Positions 56,168 to 64,000 of a stretch of 64,000 bases of DNA are shown here, piece after piece. A program made the translations under genes and the position numbers. Numbering within the stretch: the first letter of the stretch is position 1; every line of letters begins with the position of its first letter. This DNA comes from Acidobacteriota bacterium. GTDB lineage: Bacteria; Acidobacteriota; UBA6911; RPQK01; JAJDTT01. The stretch is taken from contig OZ253580.1 of NCBI GenBank assembly GCA_965263035.1, forward strand, positions 3,520,001 through 3,584,000, given 5' to 3'. A model generated the notes under the pieces. It had not been told where the DNA came from. It worked only from the letters and a program-made list of their open reading frames with translations, and did not search any database.

Positions 56168-57507
56168 AGAGACAGAACCGGCGTGGATTTCTATCGAGGT
56201 CGGCGGCTCTGACGGGTGGGGCGGCCCTGGCCGCAGGCCCGGCTGCCTCCGCCCTTTCCTATGCCCGGACGGCGGGGGCCAACGACCGGATACGACTTGG
56301 AGTGATCGGCTGTGGCGGCCGGGGGCGAGGCGATCTCCGGCAGTTTCTCGAAATCGATGGGATCCAGTGCGCGGCCATCTGCGACGTGGATCATTCGCAG
56401 CTGGACCGGACCCAGTCCGAGATTCTTGACCCCGCCGGCCAGAAGGCCGATTTTCGGACCCAGGACTTCCGCCGCCTTCTGGATCGGCAGGATCTGGATG
56501 CCGTCCTGGTGGCCGCTCCCGATCACTGGCACGCCATTCCCACCGTCATGGCTTGCGAAGCGGGGATGGACGTCTACGTGGAAAAGCCCCTGTCTCTGAC
56601 CATCCACGAGGGCCGGGTCATGGTGGACGCCGCCCGCAGGCACGGCCGGGTGGTCCAGATGGGGACCCAGCAGAGGAGCGCTCCCCACTACACCGACGCG
56701 GTGGATTACGTGAAGAGCGGGAAGCTGGGGAAGATCCGGCTGGTCCGGGCCTGGGCCTATCTGGACTGGAAGGGGGAAATGCCGGCTCAGCCGAATGGGT
56801 CTCCTCCCCCGGGAGTGGATTACGACCTGTGGTTGGGACCGGCTCCCGAACGTCCGTTCAACCTGAATCGCTTTCATTTTTCGTTTCGCTGGTACTGGGA
56901 CTACTCCGGCGGTCTCATGACCGACTGGGGCGCGCACATGATCGACATCGCCAACTGGGCCATGGAGGTGAAGGCGCCCCGGGCCGCGGTCTCGGTGGGA
57001 GGAAAGTTCGGCTATCCCCGGGACGCCATGGAGACGCCCGACAGCCAACAGGTCATCTGGGAATTCGACGATTTCAGCATGGTCTGGGAACATGCGCTGG
57101 GCGTGGGGCGCGGCCCGGAGGCGCGGGAGCACGGGGTCCAGTTCCACGGCAACGACGGCGTGCTGGTGGTCGACCGCAACGGATGGGAGGTCCATTCCGA
57201 GACCGACAGAATCGACAAGTCCGTGCGCGAGTTCCGGTCTCGCGGCAAGCCGCGGCACAACATTCGAGGCCGGAGCGCCTACCACCTGGGACACGTCCAG
57301 AACTTCGTCGACTGCATGCGCTCCAGGGAACGTCCCCGATCGGACGTGGAGATCGGTCACGACTCCATGATCGCCTGCCACCTCGGCAACATCGCCTTCC
57401 GGCTCGGCCGCAGGGTTCAATGGGACCCGGACCGGGAACGGATCGTGGACGATCCCGAAGCCGAGCGCATGGTCCGGACCAGCTACCGGAAGCCTTGGAA
57501 ACTATAG
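56164..57507 (+). CDS. Tat-exported Gfo/Idh/MocA oxidoreductase
   Basis: NRRGFL Tat motif, GANDRIRLGVIGCGGRG, PDHWH, YVEKP, QMGTQQRS, DWGAHMID. Confidence 0.93.
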   Translation: MKRQNRRGFLSRSAALTGGAALAAGPAASALSYARTAGANDRIRLGVIGCGGRGRGDLRQFLEIDGIQCAAICDVDHSQLDRTQSEILDPAGQKADFRTQDFRRLLDRQDLDAVLVAAPDHWHAIPTVMACEAGMDVYVEKPLSLTIHEGRVMVDAARRHGRVVQMGTQQRSAPHYTDAVDYVKSGKLGKIRLVRAWAYLDWKGEMPAQPNGSPPPGVDYDLWLGPAPERPFNLNRFHFSFRWYWDYSGGLMTDWGAHMIDIANWAMEVKAPRAAVSVGGKFGYPRDAMETPDSQQVIWEFDDFSMVWEHALGVGRGPEAREHGVQFHGNDGVLVVDRNGWEVHSETDRIDKSVREFRSRGKPRHNIRGRSAYHLGHVQNFVDCMRSRERPRSDVEIGHDSMIACHLGNIAFRLGRRVQWDPDRERIVDDPEAERMVRTSYRKPWKL

Positions 57508-57559
57508 AAATGTGAGGAATTAGGATTGAGGAACGAGGAGTGAGAGAAGAGGAAGTCGA

Positions 57560-59023
57560 GTGTCGGTGACAAGTCCCGGGAATCAGGACCCCGTGCGGTA
57601 TCCGGAGCTCTCAACTCGGCTCCGTGATCGTTCCCTGATGGGAATGCTCAAGCTCTTCGGCCCGGGCGCCATTATCGCCTCGGTCACGATCGGAAGCGGG
57701 GAGACCGTTTTCGCTTCCCGGGGCGGCGCCGTCTTCGGTTATTCCCTGTTCTGGTGTTTTCTGGTCGGCTCCGCGCTGAAGGGTCTCCAGGTCTATACGG
57801 GCGCCCGGTTCATCACCTTGACCGGACGCCATCCCCTGCGGAGTTGGATGGAACTGCCGGGTCCCCGCGGTTGGTTCGTTCTCTTCGTCTCCGTCATGAC
57901 CATCGTCTGGATGCCCTTTTGGGTGGGCGGGGGACTCCCCAAGATGTTGGGAGAGTTCACCAACTGGGTGGTCGGTTTCCCGGACCCCGAAAACAGGTCC
58001 GACTACGTCTTCTTCGGTCGGCTCTGGGGGACTTTCTTCATCCTGGTGGCGTTGGCTTTAACCTGGGTTCAGAGCTACGGTTTCCTGGAGCGGGTTCAGA
58101 CGGTCCTGGTGGGTCTGCTGCTGCTGTGCATGGTCCTGGCGGCCTCCGTTTCAAGCCCCGATCTCCTGGCCCTTTTGGGGGGCACCCTGATCCCCACCCC
58201 GCCCCGATACGACGGCTGGGTCCTGGAACGGTTCACCGAATTCCGCGGGCGCAATCCCTGGGTGGAAATGGTCACCTACCTGGGGGCGGTGGGGGGTGGG
58301 ACCCAGGACTATCTGGGATACGTGGGGATGCTTCGGGAGAAGGCCTGGGGGCTTCTGGGCAGTCGGCGTGAGGGTCCCATCGATTCGAGCCGGGAAAACT
58401 TGAAACGGGGCTTGGCCTGGCTTCGGGCCCCGCGCACCGACGTGACGGTGTCGTTTATCTGCATCTTCATCTTCACTCTCTGTTTTGCCGTCCTGGGCGC
58501 CACCATCCTCTATCCCCGGCAGGAGATCCCCAGCGGGTTCGACCTCTTGACCCTCCAGTTGGGTTACCTGGTCCGTCCGGACCAGGCACCCCTGGTTCAG
58601 ACGCTGCTCGCCTGGCTCTACAAGACCGGCATCTTTTTCGCGTTCTTCGGTACCATCTACGGTGCCTACGAACTCTACAGCCGGACCACCCGGGAATGTC
58701 TGGTCGCGCTCTTCCCGTCGTTGCGGAAGGTTCCCCTGAAGAAGTTCCGGCTCTGGACGATTCTCTGGTGCGCGCTGCCCGGCCTGGGCCTGCTCTGGTT
58801 TCTGGAGCGGGACCCCGTCTACATCGTGACTCCTGCGGCCCTGGTGGGTTCGGGTCTCATCTGCGGCCTCTGGTGCTTCGCCATGCTCTGGTCGGACCGA
58901 AACCACCTCCCGAGGGAACTGCAGATGAAATGGCCGCTATGGCTGGGCACACTCGTAGCCGGGATCGGACTGACGGTGATCCCCCTGATCGGAATCGTGA
59001 AGTACGTGCAGAGCTTTCTCTGA
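57560..59023 (+). CDS. NRAMP-like (APC fold) transporter
   Basis: FGPGAIIASVTIGSGE, GAVFGYSLFW, about 11 TMs; lacks DPGN. Confidence 0.8.
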   Translation: MSVTSPGNQDPVRYPELSTRLRDRSLMGMLKLFGPGAIIASVTIGSGETVFASRGGAVFGYSLFWCFLVGSALKGLQVYTGARFITLTGRHPLRSWMELPGPRGWFVLFVSVMTIVWMPFWVGGGLPKMLGEFTNWVVGFPDPENRSDYVFFGRLWGTFFILVALALTWVQSYGFLERVQTVLVGLLLLCMVLAASVSSPDLLALLGGTLIPTPPRYDGWVLERFTEFRGRNPWVEMVTYLGAVGGGTQDYLGYVGMLREKAWGLLGSRREGPIDSSRENLKRGLAWLRAPRTDVTVSFICIFIFTLCFAVLGATILYPRQEIPSGFDLLTLQLGYLVRPDQAPLVQTLLAWLYKTGIFFAFFGTIYGAYELYSRTTRECLVALFPSLRKVPLKKFRLWTILWCALPGLGLLWFLERDPVYIVTPAALVGSGLICGLWCFAMLWSDRNHLPRELQMKWPLWLGTLVAGIGLTVIPLIGIVKYVQSFL

Positions 59024-59039
59024 GTTCTCAGTTCACGCG

Positions 59040-60086
59040 TTACCGCGGGGGCAGCTGGTAGCCCTCCCGCTTGACGTGGATCCGGTAGACACTCTTTCCG
59101 GCCGTAATGTAGAGCGTCCTGCTCTCGGTCCCGCGCCCGAAGCCCACGTTGGTGGGAAGCTCGGTGGGAATGAACGCCAGCTCCTCGCCTTCGGGGGAGT
59201 AGACGGCGACTCCGGGGCGCGTCACGTCGCGCACGGTCACATAGAGATTGCCGTCCACGTCCACCACCAGACCGTCCGGTCCATCCTGGGGAGAGTAATC
59301 CACCAGGACCTCCCGAAAGCTGGCCGAGCCGTCGGGATCCAGGTCGTACGCCAGCAGAGCCATGCGGTTCTTGAGGGTCGGCCTGCCCTCGCCCATTCGG
59401 AACATCCCGGTGGCGCCGTTGTCGTTGCTGACCACGTAGAGGGTCTTCTGATCGGGAGAGACGGCGACGCCGTTGGGCTTGCCCGCGTCGGTGATGATCC
59501 GGTGCACCGACCCGTCGGGGTCGATTCGATATACGGCCATGGCGGGTTGATCCAGCGATTCGTGGCCCAGGTAGCGGGGGTCGCTGAAGTAGATCCGGCC
59601 CTTTTCGTCGATGGTGATGTCGTTGGGGGCATTGAAGCGCCGGCCGTCGTACAGGCCCGCGAGGATGGTGCTCTTTCCGGTCTTCATGTCGGTGCGGATC
59701 ACCCGCCGCCCGCCGAAATCGGCGCCCTCGGCAATGATCATGTCGCCTCCGGCATCGAACTTGATGCCGTTGGACATGCCGCTGGGAGAGCGGAAGATGC
59801 TGGTCTCGCCGGTCTTGGGATCGTACTTCCAGATGTGTCCGGCTTCGGGCTGACCCTGTTCATTCTGACATTTTGCCGTGAAGGTGATGTCGCTGAAGTA
59901 GATGGTGCCGTCGGGAGCCGCCGCGACGCCCTCGGTGAGAATGCATCCCGCTTCGAAGATCTTCTCCAAGGTGACTCCGGCCGCAATGATGCTGGGATCG
60001 CCGGAGGGGAACTGGGCCAGGCCCGGCTGGCTCAAGACCAGGCAGGCCAGGGACCCGAGGATCAGGTTACGGATTTTTTGAACCAT
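59040..60086 (-). CDS. SMP-30/gluconolactonase family exported protein
   Basis: Signal peptide, TEG..YFSDI, SNG, NAPND, GKPNG, GPDGLVVDVDGNLY, TNVGFG. Confidence 0.92.
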   Translation of the reverse strand: MVQKIRNLILGSLACLVLSQPGLAQFPSGDPSIIAAGVTLEKIFEAGCILTEGVAAAPDGTIYFSDITFTAKCQNEQGQPEAGHIWKYDPKTGETSIFRSPSGMSNGIKFDAGGDMIIAEGADFGGRRVIRTDMKTGKSTILAGLYDGRRFNAPNDITIDEKGRIYFSDPRYLGHESLDQPAMAVYRIDPDGSVHRIITDAGKPNGVAVSPDQKTLYVVSNDNGATGMFRMGEGRPTLKNRMALLAYDLDPDGSASFREVLVDYSPQDGPDGLVVDVDGNLYVTVRDVTRPGVAVYSPEGEELAFIPTELPTNVGFGRGTESRTLYITAGKSVYRIHVKREGYQLPPR

Positions 60087-60342
60087 CGAACTCTCCTTTC
60101 AATTGGTGTCGTGAATGACACCGCCGACTCTCCGCAGATTAGCACTTGGACCCCGCCGGCAAAAGTCGGGGCCGCATTCGACCGGCTCCGAGCGTCTTCC
60201 GTCTTCCCCCATGGCCGGATTCCCAGGCTTCGAACAGCCCACCGTGATGCTCTTCTCTCACTCCTCCGGTTTGCCCGTCATCGGGACGAAAGATACAATC
60301 CGCCGAAAGGTCGAAGCAGGTGATACTGGGGAGGAGGCGCAG

Positions 60343-61266
60343 ATGAGACAGTCCAACATTGGGACCAGGATTCTATTGCCGCTTGCTGCTGTTGCGCTGT
60401 GCTCGGGGATGGTCGCGGCGCTGATTTCTTCCGGGTCGGGATCGCTGGTGGAGCTGGCGCCCGGAGTCTATTTTCGCGAGGGGGATCTGGAACACCAGGG
60501 CCATTGCAACAACGGGATCGTGGTCTTCAGGGAGTTTGTGGTGGTCATCGACGCCAACTTCCCCAATGGCGCCGAGGCCTGTCTGGCAGACATCCGAAAG
60601 GTCACCGGGAAGCCGGTCCGCCTGGTCTTCGACACCCATCATCACGGTGACCACGCCTACGGGAATCCGGTCTGGGTCGCCAACGGAGCCTTGACGGTCG
60701 CACACGAGAAAGTGGTCCAGGAGATGGATCGTTACGAGCCGCTCCGCTGGCAGGAGGAAGCCACCAAGCGAAAGGACGTCGCCGCCTTGGAGCTCAGGAA
60801 TGCCCAGCCCCCTATCGTGACCTTTCCGGACCGGTTGGTCATCGACGACGGGACTCAGCGCCTGGAACTGCTCCACTTCGGAACGGCCCACACCCGCGGC
60901 GACGGTTTCGCCTATCTTCCCCGGCATCGGATCCTCTTTACCGGGGATGCCGTGGTCAATGGTCCCTACAACTACATGGGGGACGGGGACACGCACTCCT
61001 GGATCGGCGTCATCGAAGCGCTCGAAAAGCTTCGGGTCGAGACCGTCGCTCCGGGACACGGCCCCCCCACGGACCGTTCGCTCTTGGGCAAGCAGAAGGC
61101 CTTCATCCGCGCGCTGCACCGCGAGGTGGCGCTGGGACTGTTGGCTGGGAAGAGCCTCCAGGACCTGCAAAACTCCATTCGGCTCCCGGATTCGGTTCGC
61201 CTCCACGTGGGAACTTGGTTCGAGTCACAGATCGCCAAGGTCTACAGCGAGAAGACGGCGCCCTGA
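60343..61266 (+). CDS. MBL-fold metallo-hydrolase (cyclase-like), N-terminal signal/anchor
   Basis: THHHGDHAYGN, AHTRGD, FTGDAV, PGHG; RBS GGAGG. Confidence 0.88.
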   Translation: MRQSNIGTRILLPLAAVALCSGMVAALISSGSGSLVELAPGVYFREGDLEHQGHCNNGIVVFREFVVVIDANFPNGAEACLADIRKVTGKPVRLVFDTHHHGDHAYGNPVWVANGALTVAHEKVVQEMDRYEPLRWQEEATKRKDVAALELRNAQPPIVTFPDRLVIDDGTQRLELLHFGTAHTRGDGFAYLPRHRILFTGDAVVNGPYNYMGDGDTHSWIGVIEALEKLRVETVAPGHGPPTDRSLLGKQKAFIRALHREVALGLLAGKSLQDLQNSIRLPDSVRLHVGTWFESQIAKVYSEKTAP

Positions 61267-61305
61267 CCGATCTTCCCCGTTGGGCGGCCTGGGATTCTCC
61301 CCGGA

Positions 61306-62613
61306 TCACCCGCCCAACACCTTGACGGCCGAGAAGTATCCGCTGACCGCCGCCACGGCGAACAGGAAGGCCACCAGTACGTTCTCCCACCAGCGGTTGC
61401 AGTGCTCGGCCCCGATGTGGACTCGGCGAGCCGTCAAGATCCAGACCCCGATCACCAGGAAGGGAAGGACCACCACCTGCGCCGCGTTGACCGTCACCGT
61501 CAGACCGACGAAGTCCGAGTGCCCCAGGAACACCCAGATCAGGGGTGAGAGGACCACCCAGCAGGTGGCCCAACGGAAGCTGGAATGCCGCTTGTAGTCA
61601 CCGGCGCAGGCCTCTCGCGCCGAGGGCCGAAGCTGAATATAGGCATCCGCGATGAGCAGGGCATAGGCGGTGCCGTTCCCCACCATGGAACTGAACAGAG
61701 CCGCGAACACGCCGAGATAGAAGAGAACGGATCCCAGATCGCCCATGGTTTCACCCAGGAGTCGCGAGAGGCTCTCCAAATCCACGACCTGGATGTTTCT
61801 GGGGTGGAGAATCTCGGCTCCCACGACCCAGATGGAGAGGTCCAGGACGATGAGAACGATGATCCCCAATATCAGGTCGTATCGCTGAACCCGGCGGTGG
61901 TCCGGAGTCGTCCATCCCTTCTCCCGCATGAAGTAGGGATACAAGAGGTTTCCCAGGCTGCCGGCGATAGCCCCCACCATGGCCACCATGAGGAATACGG
62001 CGTCGAAGCGCCCCAGGGTCTCGGGAACCTCTAGTCCCAGAATTCCCCTGGCGATACCTCCAGCCGACGGACCGGACCACCCGGCCAGTCCGATCAGGGA
62101 AACCGACAGAGCCCCGGCCAGAACGAAAAAGATCGCTTCGATTCTCCGGTAGTCGGGCCGGAACACGAGCAGCAGAACGGTCAGGGCCAGAGCCGCGCCC
62201 CAGGCCGGAATGCTGCCGATTCCCGTGACCTTGATGCAGATCTCGGCCGTTCCCACCAGTAGAAACACGCCGATGCCGTGGGTGAGCAACAACGTCCCCG
62301 TCAGGACCATCAGGGCGAAGAGGGGATGCAGCCGACCCAAGCCCGCCATTACCGTCTCACCCCGCTGGTTGCAGAGCTGGTATTTGGCGATGATGGAGAC
62401 GAACAGGTAGCGGAGGATCAGGCAGAGGGCGAAGCCCCACATGAGGGAGTAGCCGTAGTTGCCTCCCGCCATGGCCGACTCGACGATGTCCCCGGCTCCC
62501 AGCCAGGTCAGGACGACCACGATCCCGGGTCCCATGGACCGGACGTATTCCAGAAAGGAGCGGGGAACGGGAGCCGGTGTATAGGCCGAACTATCTCCTC
62601 CTCTCATTCTCAC
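61306..62613 (-). CDS. NRAMP-like (APC fold) transporter
   Basis: MGPGIVVVLTWLGAGD, GNYGYSLMW, YPYFMREKGW, about 11 TMs; lacks DPGN. Confidence 0.82.
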   Translation of the reverse strand: MRMRGGDSSAYTPAPVPRSFLEYVRSMGPGIVVVLTWLGAGDIVESAMAGGNYGYSLMWGFALCLILRYLFVSIIAKYQLCNQRGETVMAGLGRLHPLFALMVLTGTLLLTHGIGVFLLVGTAEICIKVTGIGSIPAWGAALALTVLLLVFRPDYRRIEAIFFVLAGALSVSLIGLAGWSGPSAGGIARGILGLEVPETLGRFDAVFLMVAMVGAIAGSLGNLLYPYFMREKGWTTPDHRRVQRYDLILGIIVLIVLDLSIWVVGAEILHPRNIQVVDLESLSRLLGETMGDLGSVLFYLGVFAALFSSMVGNGTAYALLIADAYIQLRPSAREACAGDYKRHSSFRWATCWVVLSPLIWVFLGHSDFVGLTVTVNAAQVVVLPFLVIGVWILTARRVHIGAEHCNRWWENVLVAFLFAVAAVSGYFSAVKVLGG

Positions 62614-62640
62614 CTCTCTCCTCTTTCGTTGTGCGCGGAG

Positions 62641-63546
62641 TTACCCTCGCAGCAGCAGGGCCAGTATGCCCGTCACCACCAACAGGACTCCCAGCATCTC
62701 CCGCCCCGTGACCCGTTCACGAAAGAAAGCGGTGGTCACCACGAAGGCAAAGAGCAACTCCACTTGTCCCAGAGCCTTCACATGGGCGGCGTTTCGAATC
62801 GTCATGGCCGTGAACCAGCAGGCGGACGCGGACATTCCGGCCAGACCGACGGCGCCGGAAATCCTCCAGGACCTGAAGACCAGGGTCAACTGTCCCGGCT
62901 CCCTCACCCGCAGGTAGAGGCCCATGGTCACGGTCTGGAACAAGAGGGCGACTACGAGAGTGCACGCCGCGGACGCGACGAAGCCGCCGCCCAGGGAGAG
63001 GCTGGCGGCCCGATAGGAGACGGCGGCCAGACCGAATCCGGCGCCACTGGCCAATCCGATTCCAGCCGTTTTTCGGAACCGGGAAGTGAAGATCTCCCGG
63101 GCGCCCAACTCCCGTTTGGCGAGGGCCAACAGCATGACGCCGGCCAAGCTCACGACGATGGCCAGCAACGCCCATGGAGTCATCGTGTCCGAGAGGATGA
63201 GCATTCCGGCTGCGGCCGCCTGGATCGTCTCCGTCTTCGAGTAAGCCGTGGCGACGACGAAGTTCCGGAATGAAAAAAGGTGGATCAGCAGCGCCGTCGC
63301 GCCGATCTGGGCCGTGGAGCCCAGGATGGCGAAGAACAGGAACCGGCGGTTGAGCTCCGGGAAATCATACTCGGCGCCGTAACGGAGGATCGCCAGATAG
63401 AGGAGGACGAAGGGCAGGGCATAGACAAAACGCGCATAGGCTGCCGCCGAAGTGCTCAACGATCCCTTAAGGTGTTTCTGGAGCGACGACCGGACGTTCT
63501 GAAGAAACGCCGCCGCGATGGTGATAGGGACCCATGTCTCGAACAA
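62641..63546 (-). CDS. DMT/EamA family transporter
   Basis: WVPITIAAAFLQNVRSSLQKHL, RNFVVATAYSKTE, VKALGQVEL, 10 TMs; TTG start with AGGAG upstream. Confidence 0.85.
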   Translation of the reverse strand: MFETWVPITIAAAFLQNVRSSLQKHLKGSLSTSAAAYARFVYALPFVLLYLAILRYGAEYDFPELNRRFLFFAILGSTAQIGATALLIHLFSFRNFVVATAYSKTETIQAAAAGMLILSDTMTPWALLAIVVSLAGVMLLALAKRELGAREIFTSRFRKTAGIGLASGAGFGLAAVSYRAASLSLGGGFVASAACTLVVALLFQTVTMGLYLRVREPGQLTLVFRSWRISGAVGLAGMSASACWFTAMTIRNAAHVKALGQVELLFAFVVTTAFFRERVTGREMLGVLLVVTGILALLLRG

Positions 63547-63761
63547 CGACCCAGGTTCTCCTGAACAGCGCCCGCTTGTCACGCGGTCATTGGATATTGG
63601 GCGAAAGGGCGCCAAGTCTCAAATCTCTCGGACTCATGGCAGTGCCGGGCAATCGTCGCCGGGACGACTGGCGCAGAGATCGATTCGTTGCGATTGCGCA
63701 GGGTGCGGTGCCTTCGGCGGCAATTGTATAGTTGACCAGGACCTGAAACGGAGGAGCACAG

Positions 63762-64000
63762 ATGCCCAGATTCGAAGGACAAGTGGCCATCGTCACCGGT
63801 GCGGCAGAGGGTCTCGGGTTCGGTATTGCGCAGCGCCTTGGAGGGGAAGGAGCGAGGATCATCGTCGTCGATGTGAACTCCGACTTGGCCCAACAGGCAT
63901 CGGACGCGCTCGCCCGGCAGGGAGTGTCATCAGAGGTCGTGCCCGGCGACGTGGGGGATGAGGAGACGGCCCGCCAAGCGGTCCGGAGGTCCGTCGATTG
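63762..64000 (+). CDS. SDR family oxidoreductase (runs off the window)
   Basis: Not in the ORF track. MPRFEGQVAIVTGAAEGLGFGIAQRL..VVDVN..GDV Rossmann motif; RBS GGAGG. Confidence 0.9.
   Translation, partial: MPRFEGQVAIVTGAAEGLGFGIAQRLGGEGARIIVVDVNSDLAQQASDALARQGVSSEVVPGDVGDEETARQAVRRSVD

Noticed and set aside
60343-61266. MBL-fold protein as an antibiotic-resistance beta-lactamase
   Set aside because: The motif context fits generic cyclase/glyoxalase-II-like hydrolases and lacks the B1 Cys ligand; resistance cannot be inferred.

Overview
High-GC, gene-dense bacterial window, most consistent with Acidobacteriota (GWxTD protein, Oar-like TonB-dependent receptor, DUF4159/MoxR locus, PA2779-type protein); the taxonomy is inferred from gene content only. 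From left to right: (1) an envelope module made of the 3' end of a C39-like peptidase, a TPR/Omp85-like barrel, a GWxTD protein, a PA2779-type precursor and a TonB-dependent receptor; (2) tRNA-Leu(CAA) and cinA; (3) a 9-gene minus-strand MoxR/VWA/DUF58/DUF4159 operon ending in a Tat sialidase-like lipoprotein; (4) carD and a short patch of decayed genes; (5) tRNA-Met-hemB-hemL and a thrC-like gene under a SAM-I riboswitch; (6) tilS-ftsH-folP-cdaA-cdaR-glmM; (7) three stacked CTAG-joined MITE-like elements; (8) mfd, two PPIases, tatAC, ctpA and mltD; (9) a DRE-TIM enzyme, phosphate acyltransferase and divergent acetate kinase operon; (10) DUF2157/GDYXXLXY, a Tat oxidoreductase, two NRAMP-like transporters, a gluconolactonase, an MBL hydrolase, a DMT transporter and a partial SDR. 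No CRISPR array, rRNA or intact transposase was seen. The best novelty candidates are the C39/PA2779/TPR-Omp85/GWxTD module, the MoxR envelope operon, the DRE-TIM-Ptb-Ack operon, the SAM-regulated ThrC paralogue and the MITE stack. All family assignments come from motif recognition by eye, not database searches.
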